The notes under the pieces: model-generated
Databases searched by the model: none
What the model was told of the DNA's origin: nothing
The model's input: the letters and a program-made list of their open reading frames with translations, nothing else
IMG/VR virus record: IMGVR_UViG_3300021185_003351
Location: 1-64,000 of that record
Reading direction: 5' to 3' (one strand)
DNA length: 64,000 nt
Source: a virus
Shown: positions 26,977-36,800 of the stretch, in pieces
Layout: every line of letters begins with the position of its first letter
Position numbering within the stretch: position 1 is the stretch's first letter
Made by a program: the position numbers and the translations under genes

Positions 26977-28557
26977 ATGTCAGATATCACAGAATATACT
27001 GGTGAATCAGTAAAAGCGTTTAAAAAAGTTAATCCTACTGATTTAAAATTTACTCCAATGCAATTAAACAAAACGTTTTATATGTATTCTGGAAGTACTT
27101 TGTTATATACTCCTTTAAATGCTTATTATTGTACTAGTATACCAGAAAATCATTTAAATTGGGGTGAACAGAATTTAAACGGTACATATAAATCAATTAT
27201 TTATAAATCATTACAACAATTATTTTATAATGAATCATTTGATACAGAAATATTTTTACATCAAACATCATCTATTTTTAGTATTCCTCAAAAGAAGATG
27301 GGACAAAAAATTAAAGAAAATTCATTTACATATAATAGTTCATCATTAAATTTAAAATCAAATCGTTCTGGAAAAATATATGATGTAAATGTTAACACCG
27401 GATCTTTTCCAAATACATTAAATTTTTATGAAGGATTTAATAAGTATTTTGATTCTTCGAATATTACATATGAATCTCAAAATATTTTATATGTTGATGG
27501 GGTAACTACTAATACTGGAAATCAAAAGTCTATAGGATTATCAGCATTATTTTCCGGAAATGGTTATATATCATCTAGTTTAGAAGGAATATATGATAAA
27601 CAACATAATTATGCAATATCATTTTTTATATCAGGAACAAATAGTACAAATAATGATCAATTGATATTAACAAAAGCAGATCAAATAACTAGAAGTCCGT
27701 GTCCTTTTAATATCGAATTAAGTGGAAGTAATGAAATTAAATTTAGTATACGTGGTAATAATTCTAATTTAATTGCGTTAATAACATCTTCTGCAGATGT
27801 ATCGTCATCTTGGACTCATGTATTATGTCAAAAGACTGGTAGTAGTATTGAAATGTATATTAATGGAACTAAACATTCATCCGGTAGTTTTAATTTTCTT
27901 CAAGACAATTTAAATACATATGTAAATTCTCCAACATTTATTAATAACAATTATCATTTAAGTATTGGGGGTTATAACACAAATAGTTATAATCTACAAG
28001 GATATTTAGATGAAGTTAGGATTTATAACAAAGCTTTAACAAACTCTGAGATAAGCACGTTAACGGACCGTAATGAAGGTGGAGGATTATTACAAACAAA
28101 TATAGTTGGTAATGTATTTTCAGAAAAAGGATTTATTGTTATATCAACTCCTGATTATCGATACAATGACTTAATAACTACAAAATATACTGCTAGTTAT
28201 CAAAGTACAATTACATCATATGAAATGTCAACATTATGTCGTATAGATGCAGGTGATTTCAATGTTACAAATAATCATAGTGCACATAATGATTCGAATA
28301 TACAATATTTAAACTATTTAACAGGTAGTGATTTTGCTCCATATATTACATCGGTAGGATTATATAATTCAGCTGGTACGTTATTAGCAATTGGAAAATT
28401 AGGACAACCAATAAGAAAACGTGATGATGTTGATATGAATGTTTTAGTTAGAATGGATTTAGACATTAGACCTATTAATTCTGGATCAAGTTTAGAAAGT
28501 ACAAATCAAAATTTTAATATAAATAATTCTAAAACAATAGGAGGATTATCATATTGA
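26977..28557 (+). CDS. LamG (concanavalin-like) domain tail protein; C-terminus paralogous to 25817..26926
   Basis: WTHV...MYING...GYLDEVRIYNKALT; YITSVGLYN..LLAIGKLGQPI. Confidence 0.7.
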   Translation: MSDITEYTGESVKAFKKVNPTDLKFTPMQLNKTFYMYSGSTLLYTPLNAYYCTSIPENHLNWGEQNLNGTYKSIIYKSLQQLFYNESFDTEIFLHQTSSIFSIPQKKMGQKIKENSFTYNSSSLNLKSNRSGKIYDVNVNTGSFPNTLNFYEGFNKYFDSSNITYESQNILYVDGVTTNTGNQKSIGLSALFSGNGYISSSLEGIYDKQHNYAISFFISGTNSTNNDQLILTKADQITRSPCPFNIELSGSNEIKFSIRGNNSNLIALITSSADVSSSWTHVLCQKTGSSIEMYINGTKHSSGSFNFLQDNLNTYVNSPTFINNNYHLSIGGYNTNSYNLQGYLDEVRIYNKALTNSEISTLTDRNEGGGLLQTNIVGNVFSEKGFIVISTPDYRYNDLITTKYTASYQSTITSYEMSTLCRIDAGDFNVTNNHSAHNDSNIQYLNYLTGSDFAPYITSVGLYNSAGTLLAIGKLGQPIRKRDDVDMNVLVRMDLDIRPINSGSSLESTNQNFNINNSKTIGGLSY

Positions 28558-29099
28558 TTAAGTTAAAAAATATATTAAAAGAAATTTCTGAATCTGATGC
28601 TGAAAAATTATTAAATAAAATTAAAAATAAAGAATTTTCATTTGTAGCACAAGGTGATAATGGCAAAGTGTATGCAATAAATGGAGAAGATTTATTATTT
28701 AAAATAACCACTGAACCAGATGAAAAAGCAGTAGCTGATGTTATTGTTGGTAGATCTAGTGAATTTAACTCATTTATTCCTGTACATTATTCAGATCCAA
28801 AGCGTAGTATGTATATTATGAATAAAGCAAATCCATTATCATCAAAAGAAGAAATAGAAATAAATAAATTTTATAAAGGTTATAAAAATTTTTTAAGACA
28901 AGCTGGACCAGAAGCTTCTGTATTTGATTATTTAGACACAGAAGAAACAAGAAGTTATTCCATGGAATTAATTAATTTTATGCGAGCGTTACAGCAACAT
29001 GTTAGAAAAACAAATATAGGCGATTTACATTTATCATTAGATTTCAAGCCAGATAATATTATGAAATGGAATGGTAATTTAGTAATGGTCGATTGGTAG
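28554..29099 (+). CDS. Minimal protein-kinase-like enzyme with MIKLKNILKE leader (TTG start)
   Basis: AQGDNGKVY Gly loop, LFK, PDE, LDFKPDNIM catalytic loop, terminal VDW; SD AGGAGG at 28539-28544. Confidence 0.75.
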   Translation: MIKLKNILKEISESDAEKLLNKIKNKEFSFVAQGDNGKVYAINGEDLLFKITTEPDEKAVADVIVGRSSEFNSFIPVHYSDPKRSMYIMNKANPLSSKEEIEINKFYKGYKNFLRQAGPEASVFDYLDTEETRSYSMELINFMRALQQHVRKTNIGDLHLSLDFKPDNIMKWNGNLVMVDW

Positions 29100-29108
29100 A
29101 AAGAAGTT

Positions 29109-29585
29109 ATGAAAAATCATTGGCATTCAACAAATAATAAACAACGCCAAGCAGCATACAAATACGGATATAGATCTGGTTTGGAATTAAAAGTTGCTGA
29201 TCAAATTAAAGAAGCAGAATATCCTGTAAATTACGAAACTGAAACATTGAAATATATTGTTCCACAAAAAAATTCAAAATATACTCCAGACTTTATTTTT
29301 ACAAAAAAAGATGGTAATACAATGTATATTGAAACTAAGGGACGATGGACAAGCACCGATAGGCAAAAAATGAAAAATATTTTAGCTTCAAATCCTGATA
29401 TTGATTTAAGAATAATATTTCAAAACCCAAATCAAAAAATATCAAAAGGATCTAAAACAACATATGAATTGTATGCAACAAAAATTGGAATTAAACATGT
29501 TGCAAAAAAAGATATGCCGCTAGAATGGTTAAATGAGTGTTGTAAAGTTGACGAAAAGCCGAATGTAGTTAAATTTTTTGTTTAA
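29109..29585 (+). CDS. T7 endonuclease I-like Holliday junction resolvase
   Basis: YRSGLE, YTPDF, IETKGRW...DRQKM. Confidence 0.88.
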   Translation: MKNHWHSTNNKQRQAAYKYGYRSGLELKVADQIKEAEYPVNYETETLKYIVPQKNSKYTPDFIFTKKDGNTMYIETKGRWTSTDRQKMKNILASNPDIDLRIIFQNPNQKISKGSKTTYELYATKIGIKHVAKKDMPLEWLNECCKVDEKPNVVKFFV

Positions 29586-29588
29586 TGA

Positions 29589-29617
29589 TTGGATCTTTGA
29601 AAAATAATCATTATTTT
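29589..29617 (+). promoter_or_regulatory. Sigma70-like promoter TTGGAT-N17-TATTTT
   Basis: Same spacing as the class; precedes a hairpin region. Confidence 0.45.
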
Positions 29618-29637
29618 CTTTATGTAAGTAATAAAAA

Positions 29638-29705
29638 GATGAAATCGTTTAATATAATGTATATTATTAAATGATGATTCGTTAGACCGATTAATTGTGT
29701 CTAAC
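29638..29705 (+). ncRNA. Candidate small structured RNA or origin element (two hairpins)
   Basis: ATCGTTTAAT/ATTAAATGAT and GTTAGAC/GTCTAAC stems in the longest gene-free gap. Confidence 0.35.
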
Positions 29706-29731
29706 CAATATTATATATAATAACCAATACT

Positions 29732-29760
29732 TTTGATCTTTCAGTAAATTTTCTTATAAT
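29732..29760 (+). promoter_or_regulatory. Sigma70-like promoter TTTGAT-N17-TATAAT for primase (near-leaderless)
   Basis: ATG 29768 follows 7 nt after the -10. Confidence 0.7.
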
Positions 29761-29767
29761 ATATTAT

Positions 29768-30709
29768 ATGAAGAACTTAAAACTACTTCAATTATTAGAG
29801 TCTGTATTAGGTAAAGGAAAACAAACATCAGGTGATAATATTGCATTCTTTTCGCCGTTTACATCGCATTATAAACCTAAATTAGAAATTGATATAAATA
29901 CAAATTCGGAAGGCCAAAATCCATGGCATTGTTGGATATCTGATAAAAAAGGACGTTCTATACATTCATTATTTAAACAATTAAATTTACCTAAATCTAA
30001 ATTTGAAAAATTAAATAATATCATAGAAGTAACAAGATATCGTAATACTAAATCAGAAACTAAAGAATATAAATTACAACTTCCAGAAGAATATCAACCA
30101 CTATGGATAGAAAAAAAATCTCCTGATTATAAAAATGCTATATATTATTTAAAAACTAGAGGAATTAATATATTTGATATAATTAGATACAGAATTGGAT
30201 ATGCTGAATCTGGCCAATATTCCGGAAAAATTATTATTCCTAGTTATGATTCTAATGGCCAATTAAATTATTTTGTATCTCGAGCATTTTATCAAAGTGA
30301 TTCATATAAACATAAAAATCCACAAACATCAAAAGATATAATTGGATTTGAAATGTTAATTAACTGGAATGAGCCTATTGTTTTATGTGAAGGAGCATTT
30401 GATGCTATTACTATAAAAAGAAATGCAATTCCGTTATTTGGTAAAATTATACAACCAGTATTACAGAAAAAAATTATAGAAGAACATGTAACAGACATTT
30501 ACATATGTCTAGATTCAGATGCAATAACTAATGCATTAGAAATATCAAAAAAATTCATGGCTGAAGGATTAAATGTTTATTTCGTGGAATTAAAAGAAGA
30601 TGATCCTAACGAATTAGGATATAAAAAAATAACAAAAAAATTAGAAGATACCTATAAATTCTCATTTGAAAGAATGATGGAATTAAAAATAGATTCATTA
30701 TGGAAATAA
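29768..30709 (+). CDS. gp61: DNA primase (TOPRIM, gp61/DnaG-like)
   Basis: YLKTRGI, IIIPSYD, CEGAFDA, LDSDA, DPNE. Confidence 0.88.
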   Translation: MKNLKLLQLLESVLGKGKQTSGDNIAFFSPFTSHYKPKLEIDINTNSEGQNPWHCWISDKKGRSIHSLFKQLNLPKSKFEKLNNIIEVTRYRNTKSETKEYKLQLPEEYQPLWIEKKSPDYKNAIYYLKTRGINIFDIIRYRIGYAESGQYSGKIIIPSYDSNGQLNYFVSRAFYQSDSYKHKNPQTSKDIIGFEMLINWNEPIVLCEGAFDAITIKRNAIPLFGKIIQPVLQKKIIEEHVTDIYICLDSDAITNALEISKKFMAEGLNVYFVELKEDDPNELGYKKITKKLEDTYKFSFERMMELKIDSLWK

Positions 30710-33700
30710 AAGAATTAAACACAAACATAACAAGTATTGATAAAATATTTCATATATCAGATATTCACATACGCACATTAAAACGACACAAAGAATATCA
30801 AGAAGTATTTGACAATTTATTTTTACACATTGCCCAACATGCAACTAATCAAAGCATTTGCGTATTAACTGGAGATATTGTACATTCTAAACTAGATATG
30901 TCTCCGGAGTTAATTACCATGTTAACAAAATTTTTTAATGGATTTCATATACCTACAATTGTAATATTAGGAAATCATGATATGAATTTAAATAATTTAT
31001 ATCGTCTAGATGCGATATCACCAATATTGGATGTTATTAATAATAAGAATATACATTTTATTAAAGATAATGGATTATTTAAATTTGGAAATGTAGTTTT
31101 TAATCATATGGCAGTAGACGTTGCTCCAAAGGATTACATAAAAGGTAAAGATTTTAATGCACATTACAAAATTGCATTACATCATGGAGCAGTACATAAT
31201 GCAAAAACTGACATTGGATTCCAAATATCAAATGATCATGTAACAACTGATTTATTTGAAGGACATGACTTAACATTATTAGGAGATATACACAAACCTG
31301 CTCAATTTCTAAATAAAGAAAAAACAATCGGATATCCAGGATCATTAATTCAACAAAATCATGGAGAGGCTCTAGATCATGGAATCTTAATATGGGATCT
31401 TCCAGACAAAACATCAGAATTTATAGAAATAACAAATGACTATGGATATGTTACTTTTGAAGTAGAAAATGCACAAATTAAAAAATCACCACATAGAATA
31501 CCTGCAAAGCCTAGAGTCAGAATTAAATTTACTGATACAGATGCGTCTGATATTAAAAAATTAATAGCAACTATACGTAAAAAATATAAAGTTCAAGATA
31601 TATCAATACAACGTACTGCAAATCATATCGAAAGTAATAAAGACGGATCGATTGCAATAGGTAATGTTCGTGATGTAGAACATCAAAATAATTTAATAAC
31701 AAATTTTATAAATGAAAATTATCCTGATGCTAATAAAAAAGAATTAGATGCAATTAGACATATTAATAGAACAATAAATTCTAAACTACCAGTACTAGAA
31801 TCGGTTAGAAACGTAACATGGTATCCAGTATCTTTTGAATTTGATAATATGTTTTCATATGGAGAAAAAAATAAAGTAGATTTTTCTAAATTATCTGATG
31901 TTATAGGACTATTTGCATCAAATGCATCTGGTAAATCATCTTTATTAGATGCTATAATATATACAATATTTGATAAATGTAGTAAAACAAGTAAATCTAA
32001 AGAAGTTTTAAATAATAAAAAGTCTGTATTTAAAGGTATTTTTAAATTTAAGTTAAATAATAAATTATATACAATTGAAAGAGAAGGCATAACATTAAAA
32101 CATGGACATGTTAAAGTTAATGTTAATTTTTATAATGAAGATGAAAACTTAAATGGAGAAGAACGAAGTGATACAAATAAAAGTATACGAAGATATTTAG
32201 GAACATATGATGATTTTATTTTAACTGCATTTTCATTACAAGCAGACAATAATAATTTTATAGAAAAATCACAAAGAGAAAGAAAAGATTTATTATCTCA
32301 ATTTTTAGACACTACTGTTTTTGAACAATTATATCATTTAGCTTCAGAAGAAATCAAAGAAACATCTGGCAAATTAAAAGAATATAAAAAAATAGATTTT
32401 GGTTATATTATAAAAGAATCTGATGACATTATTATTGAAAATCAAGATACTATAATTGAATTAGAAAAAAATGATAATGATTTACAAAATTCAAGAAATA
32501 ATGTACAGAATGATATTGTTGAATTAATTGAATCAAAACAACCGATGTCATATGATGGCCCAGATATATCTGAATTAGAAGCAACAGAAAATCAATTAAT
32601 TTCTAATATAGAAAATATAGAAATATCTATAAACAAACTAGAAGATATAATAACAAAGATGCCAAAATTTGATATAATATCTACAAATGAGTTAAATCTA
32701 CAAAAAAATCAAAAAGATATATTAAATAAAGATATAAAAATTGTAACAAAAGAACTTACTCAATTGGAACAATTAATCAAATTACAACAACAAAAAATAG
32801 ATCATTTAAAGACTCATGAATATGATCACACATGTAAATATTGTATTTCCAATATTTTTGTTAAAGAAGCAGAAGAAGCAAAAATAGAATTACCAAAAAA
32901 TAAAAAATTAGCAGATAATGCATTTACAAAACAATCTGAATTACAAACAAATCGTGATATAATTCAAGATACAATTTTAAAATATCAAGAACAAATAGAC
33001 TTATCTAATAAATTAGAAAAATTTGAATTACAATTGCAAGTACTTGAAAGTGATTTACAAACAAAAGAATCTGAATTAGAAACAACTAATGAGCGACAAG
33101 AATTATTTAAAAAGAATAAAACTGCTATTATTCATAATAAATCAATCGATGAAAAAATTAAAACAAAAAAGAATTTAATAATTGACATTGTAAATACTTT
33201 AAAAAGTATTACTGATAAAGTTAAATCAAATCATGGAGAAATAGAAGTTGCAAAAACCAAAAAGAAAACTGCGTTAGAACAATTAGAAACATATAAACAA
33301 TTGGAAACTGAATATAAAGCATATGAATATTATTTACAGTCTGTAAAAAGAGATGGGGTGCCATATGAATTAATCAAAAAAGCATTGCCTAAAATAGAAA
33401 CAGAAATAAATAATGTACTAGATCAAGTTGTAGACTTTAATATGGTATTAAATACAGATGGTAAGAATATTAATGGATATATTATTTATGATGAGGATAA
33501 TTTTTGGCCGTTAGAGCTAACTTCTGGTATGGAACGATTTATGAGTTCATTAGCAATACGTGTAGCTTTAATTAATGTATCTGCATTACCTAGACCAAAT
33601 TTTATTGCAATAGATGAAGGATGGGGTAGTTTAGATAGAGAACATATTTCTGCGGTAACAAATTTATTTGAATATTTTAGAACAAAATTTGACTTTTCAA

Positions 33701-33795
33701 TTATTATATCCCACGTAGAATCAATGAGAGATATGGTAGATAACTTAATTGAAGTAAATAAGATAAATAATTTCAGCCAGATTCAACATACATAA
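30700..33795 (+). CDS. Fused Mre11/SbcD nuclease - Rad50/SbcC ATPase (gp47-gp46 fusion)
   Basis: SDIH, GDIVH, GNHD, GDIH; Walker A NASGKSS, Zn hook CKYC, signature SGMERF, Walker B IAIDEG, ISH. Confidence 0.9.
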   Translation: MEIKELNTNITSIDKIFHISDIHIRTLKRHKEYQEVFDNLFLHIAQHATNQSICVLTGDIVHSKLDMSPELITMLTKFFNGFHIPTIVILGNHDMNLNNLYRLDAISPILDVINNKNIHFIKDNGLFKFGNVVFNHMAVDVAPKDYIKGKDFNAHYKIALHHGAVHNAKTDIGFQISNDHVTTDLFEGHDLTLLGDIHKPAQFLNKEKTIGYPGSLIQQNHGEALDHGILIWDLPDKTSEFIEITNDYGYVTFEVENAQIKKSPHRIPAKPRVRIKFTDTDASDIKKLIATIRKKYKVQDISIQRTANHIESNKDGSIAIGNVRDVEHQNNLITNFINENYPDANKKELDAIRHINRTINSKLPVLESVRNVTWYPVSFEFDNMFSYGEKNKVDFSKLSDVIGLFASNASGKSSLLDAIIYTIFDKCSKTSKSKEVLNNKKSVFKGIFKFKLNNKLYTIEREGITLKHGHVKVNVNFYNEDENLNGEERSDTNKSIRRYLGTYDDFILTAFSLQADNNNFIEKSQRERKDLLSQFLDTTVFEQLYHLASEEIKETSGKLKEYKKIDFGYIIKESDDIIIENQDTIIELEKNDNDLQNSRNNVQNDIVELIESKQPMSYDGPDISELEATENQLISNIENIEISINKLEDIITKMPKFDIISTNELNLQKNQKDILNKDIKIVTKELTQLEQLIKLQQQKIDHLKTHEYDHTCKYCISNIFVKEAEEAKIELPKNKKLADNAFTKQSELQTNRDIIQDTILKYQEQIDLSNKLEKFELQLQVLESDLQTKESELETTNERQELFKKNKTAIIHNKSIDEKIKTKKNLIIDIVNTLKSITDKVKSNHGEIEVAKTKKKTALEQLETYKQLETEYKAYEYYLQSVKRDGVPYELIKKALPKIETEINNVLDQVVDFNMVLNTDGKNINGYIIYDEDNFWPLELTSGMERFMSSLAIRVALINVSALPRPNFIAIDEGWGSLDREHISAVTNLFEYFRTKFDFSIIISHVESMRDMVDNLIEVNKINNFSQIQHT

Positions 33796-33819
33796 TATTT
33801 ATAAAAAAGAATATCATGT

Positions 33820-36800
33820 ATGAAAAAAGTAACAACTATAGTTCGTAATCTAGATCAACTATCTACATATATCACCGATCAATCATCATTATCTAGTAAT
33901 ATATTTAATATTACCGAATTTCCATTGGAATTTACTATTGGTAAAAATTTAATTAAATTAAAAGGAAATACTAATATATTTGAAATTGGTACTGAATTAG
34001 CAATTGAAATACTTGATTCTAATAGAAATCCAATTTATCATGAAATTATTGATTATATTGAAAGTGATACTTCTAGAGTATTAGCTGTTTATATTTATGA
34101 TACAACTCCAGCTGGTAATTGTACTGTAACTATTGCTGCAGTTTTAAATCAATTATATACAGGAGAACAAATTCCACCCGTTTGGAGAAATAAATTAAAT
34201 GTCAAATGGACAAAAAATGTATCAGTTAACAATAAAGCAACTAATACTTCAGAAATAATATTTGAAGATACAAAACTTCCAATAGTAGAAGTTTCAGAAC
34301 AAATAGGAGTTCGATTAGATAGAATATATGAAAATAACGAACAGTTTCCAACATATACAACGGGATTACTAGAATTTGAAACACGGAACAATAGTGTATT
34401 AGCAAAAATAACCGGAGGAGAATTTGATCCAAAATTTTCTGGAGGAACATTAACAGTTACTAATCCAGTCAATGCATTACCAATACCGTTATTAACTACT
34501 AGCTCTGCTAAACCGTATACATCAAAAATTAAAAAAATATTAAATAAAGATTTTATTGAATTAGATGATCGATATGTATTTACTTATAGTCAAAGTTTAA
34601 CACAACACGAATTTATTAAATTTGATGCATCACCATTTTCTTTATCATATGAAGCAGTACCTACATATATACCAACTCAACATTCAGAATCATTTGCATT
34701 AACACAAATAAAAAACTTAAATCCAGGGACTGGCGACGTATCAAGAATTAAATTGTATATAAATAGTGCAGGTACTATTGGCACATATGAATTAATTAAT
34801 GATATATCATTAGAACCTACAGAAATATTTGTTGATGCAACTGGATCTATTTTTCCAGATGTGAGTATTGGTTATTTTACATCACAAAGTATAATTGATT
34901 CATATTGGGAAGTTAATCAATACAATGGAAAAAATACAGTTACAAAACCAACATTAACATTTTCAACTAGTTCATTAAATAATGCATTAATTGTTACGCC
35001 GTCTGTTTTATATTCCGGAGATCAAAATGCAATCGTATTACAAACAACAAGTTCATTACCTGGAGTATTCGTTAAAGATTCAGAATATAAAATAATATTT
35101 GATGCAATTGGGATAAAAAATTCTTTAAGTAATCTAGAAAATCCAAAAATTTGTATATATTTATCAGGATCTGCATTTGATTATGATAATACTAATTTGC
35201 AAAATGATTATTATCCTATATTATTAGGTAAAAAAATAGGAGAATATGAAACTCCAAATAATAATCAACGATTAGATAATTTACAATTTAATTTTACTGC
35301 AGACAAAACAGGAAATGGATCATTATTAATATTAATTGAATCAGGAGAATGGCAATTTTCAGATATTAGAACATCAACATCTGCAGAAAAAGGATTTACA
35401 GAAAATTACACAAGATTCAGAACTGACATCCCTGTAAAACATAAATCTGATAATGAAATAAAATTTAAAATTGAATATTATAACGCTGCTGGAGTTAAAA
35501 GTGATCATGAAACAATAGTAACAAATCAAGTATTTCAAGGAGGAAATAGATATATAGACGGCGGATTTTCAATGTTAACAGGTTCATTAACTGTTGCTGA
35601 TACATTAAATTCTGGAGTTGAAATAGTAGGATTACAAAATACTGGATATATTAGATCATTAGGTTATGATGGGTTTAACCAAGCAATGACTGGACGTGGA
35701 GGATTTTTATTATTTTCTGGTTCTGCATTACCAAATCAATTTGCAACATCATATCAAGGTGTTGGTTTGGAAATGGTTGCTGATTCAAATAACTTTTTTA
35801 AATTTAGAACAGATCCAAGTGGATTAGAAATACAAACAGAAAAATTCTTTTTAGGTAATCCTGCAACACAATTTATTAGTGGATCGAATGGACAATTAGA
35901 AATTTCATCTTCAGGATATCATATAAGACCATCTGGAGATATAACAGCATCTAATTTTTTAATGGAAGGTGGAGTCATAACAAATAATGTAACTATTTTA
36001 GGATCATTATCTGCAAATAGTATTTTAACTCCAGCACTAATTAACGGAAATCCAGCAACACCTGCGAATGCATCATCATCAATATCAGATCAAGGTTTAG
36101 CAATATTTAGATCAGCATCAATTGCAGGATTTGAAATTTCTCCTGCAGAGATTAAATCTCCAGGAAATGCACTTCGATTAAAATCTGAAGGACAAATAAC
36201 TGCATCTTCTGGATTTTTATTTGGATCAAAAGCAGCTAGTAACTTTATACAATTTGCTGGAAGCACATTAACTGTTAGAGGTGATTTATCGGTTGATCAA
36301 ATATTTACTCCTGCTTTAATAGGAGGAAATCCTTCGAATGAAACAAATGCATCTTCATCTATAAAATCAGATGGATTTGCAAAATTTGTATCTGCATCTA
36401 TTGGAGGATGGGGTATTACTACAAGTTCTATAGAAGGCGGAAATCTTATAATGAAGCCAGAAGGTATCCTACAGACACGAGACTTTGCTAGTGGCTTAAA
36501 AGGATGGAAAATATCTTCAGAAGGAAATGGAACTGCTGAATTTGAAAATGTAAGAATACGAGGAACATTAAGAACAACAACATTTGAAAAAGAATCTGTT
36601 AATGCAATCGGAGGTCAAGTATGGATTGCAAACTCAACTACTATTACAGGATCTCAAGTACCAGCAACATCCACTACAATGTCAGTCAAAAATGCTAGCG
36701 GATTTATAACTGGTGAAATATTATTAGCTAAAAAAGTTGATAATACTGGATTCCAAACGGAATATCTTTTTGTAGAATCAGCTTCATTGGATGGAGATAA

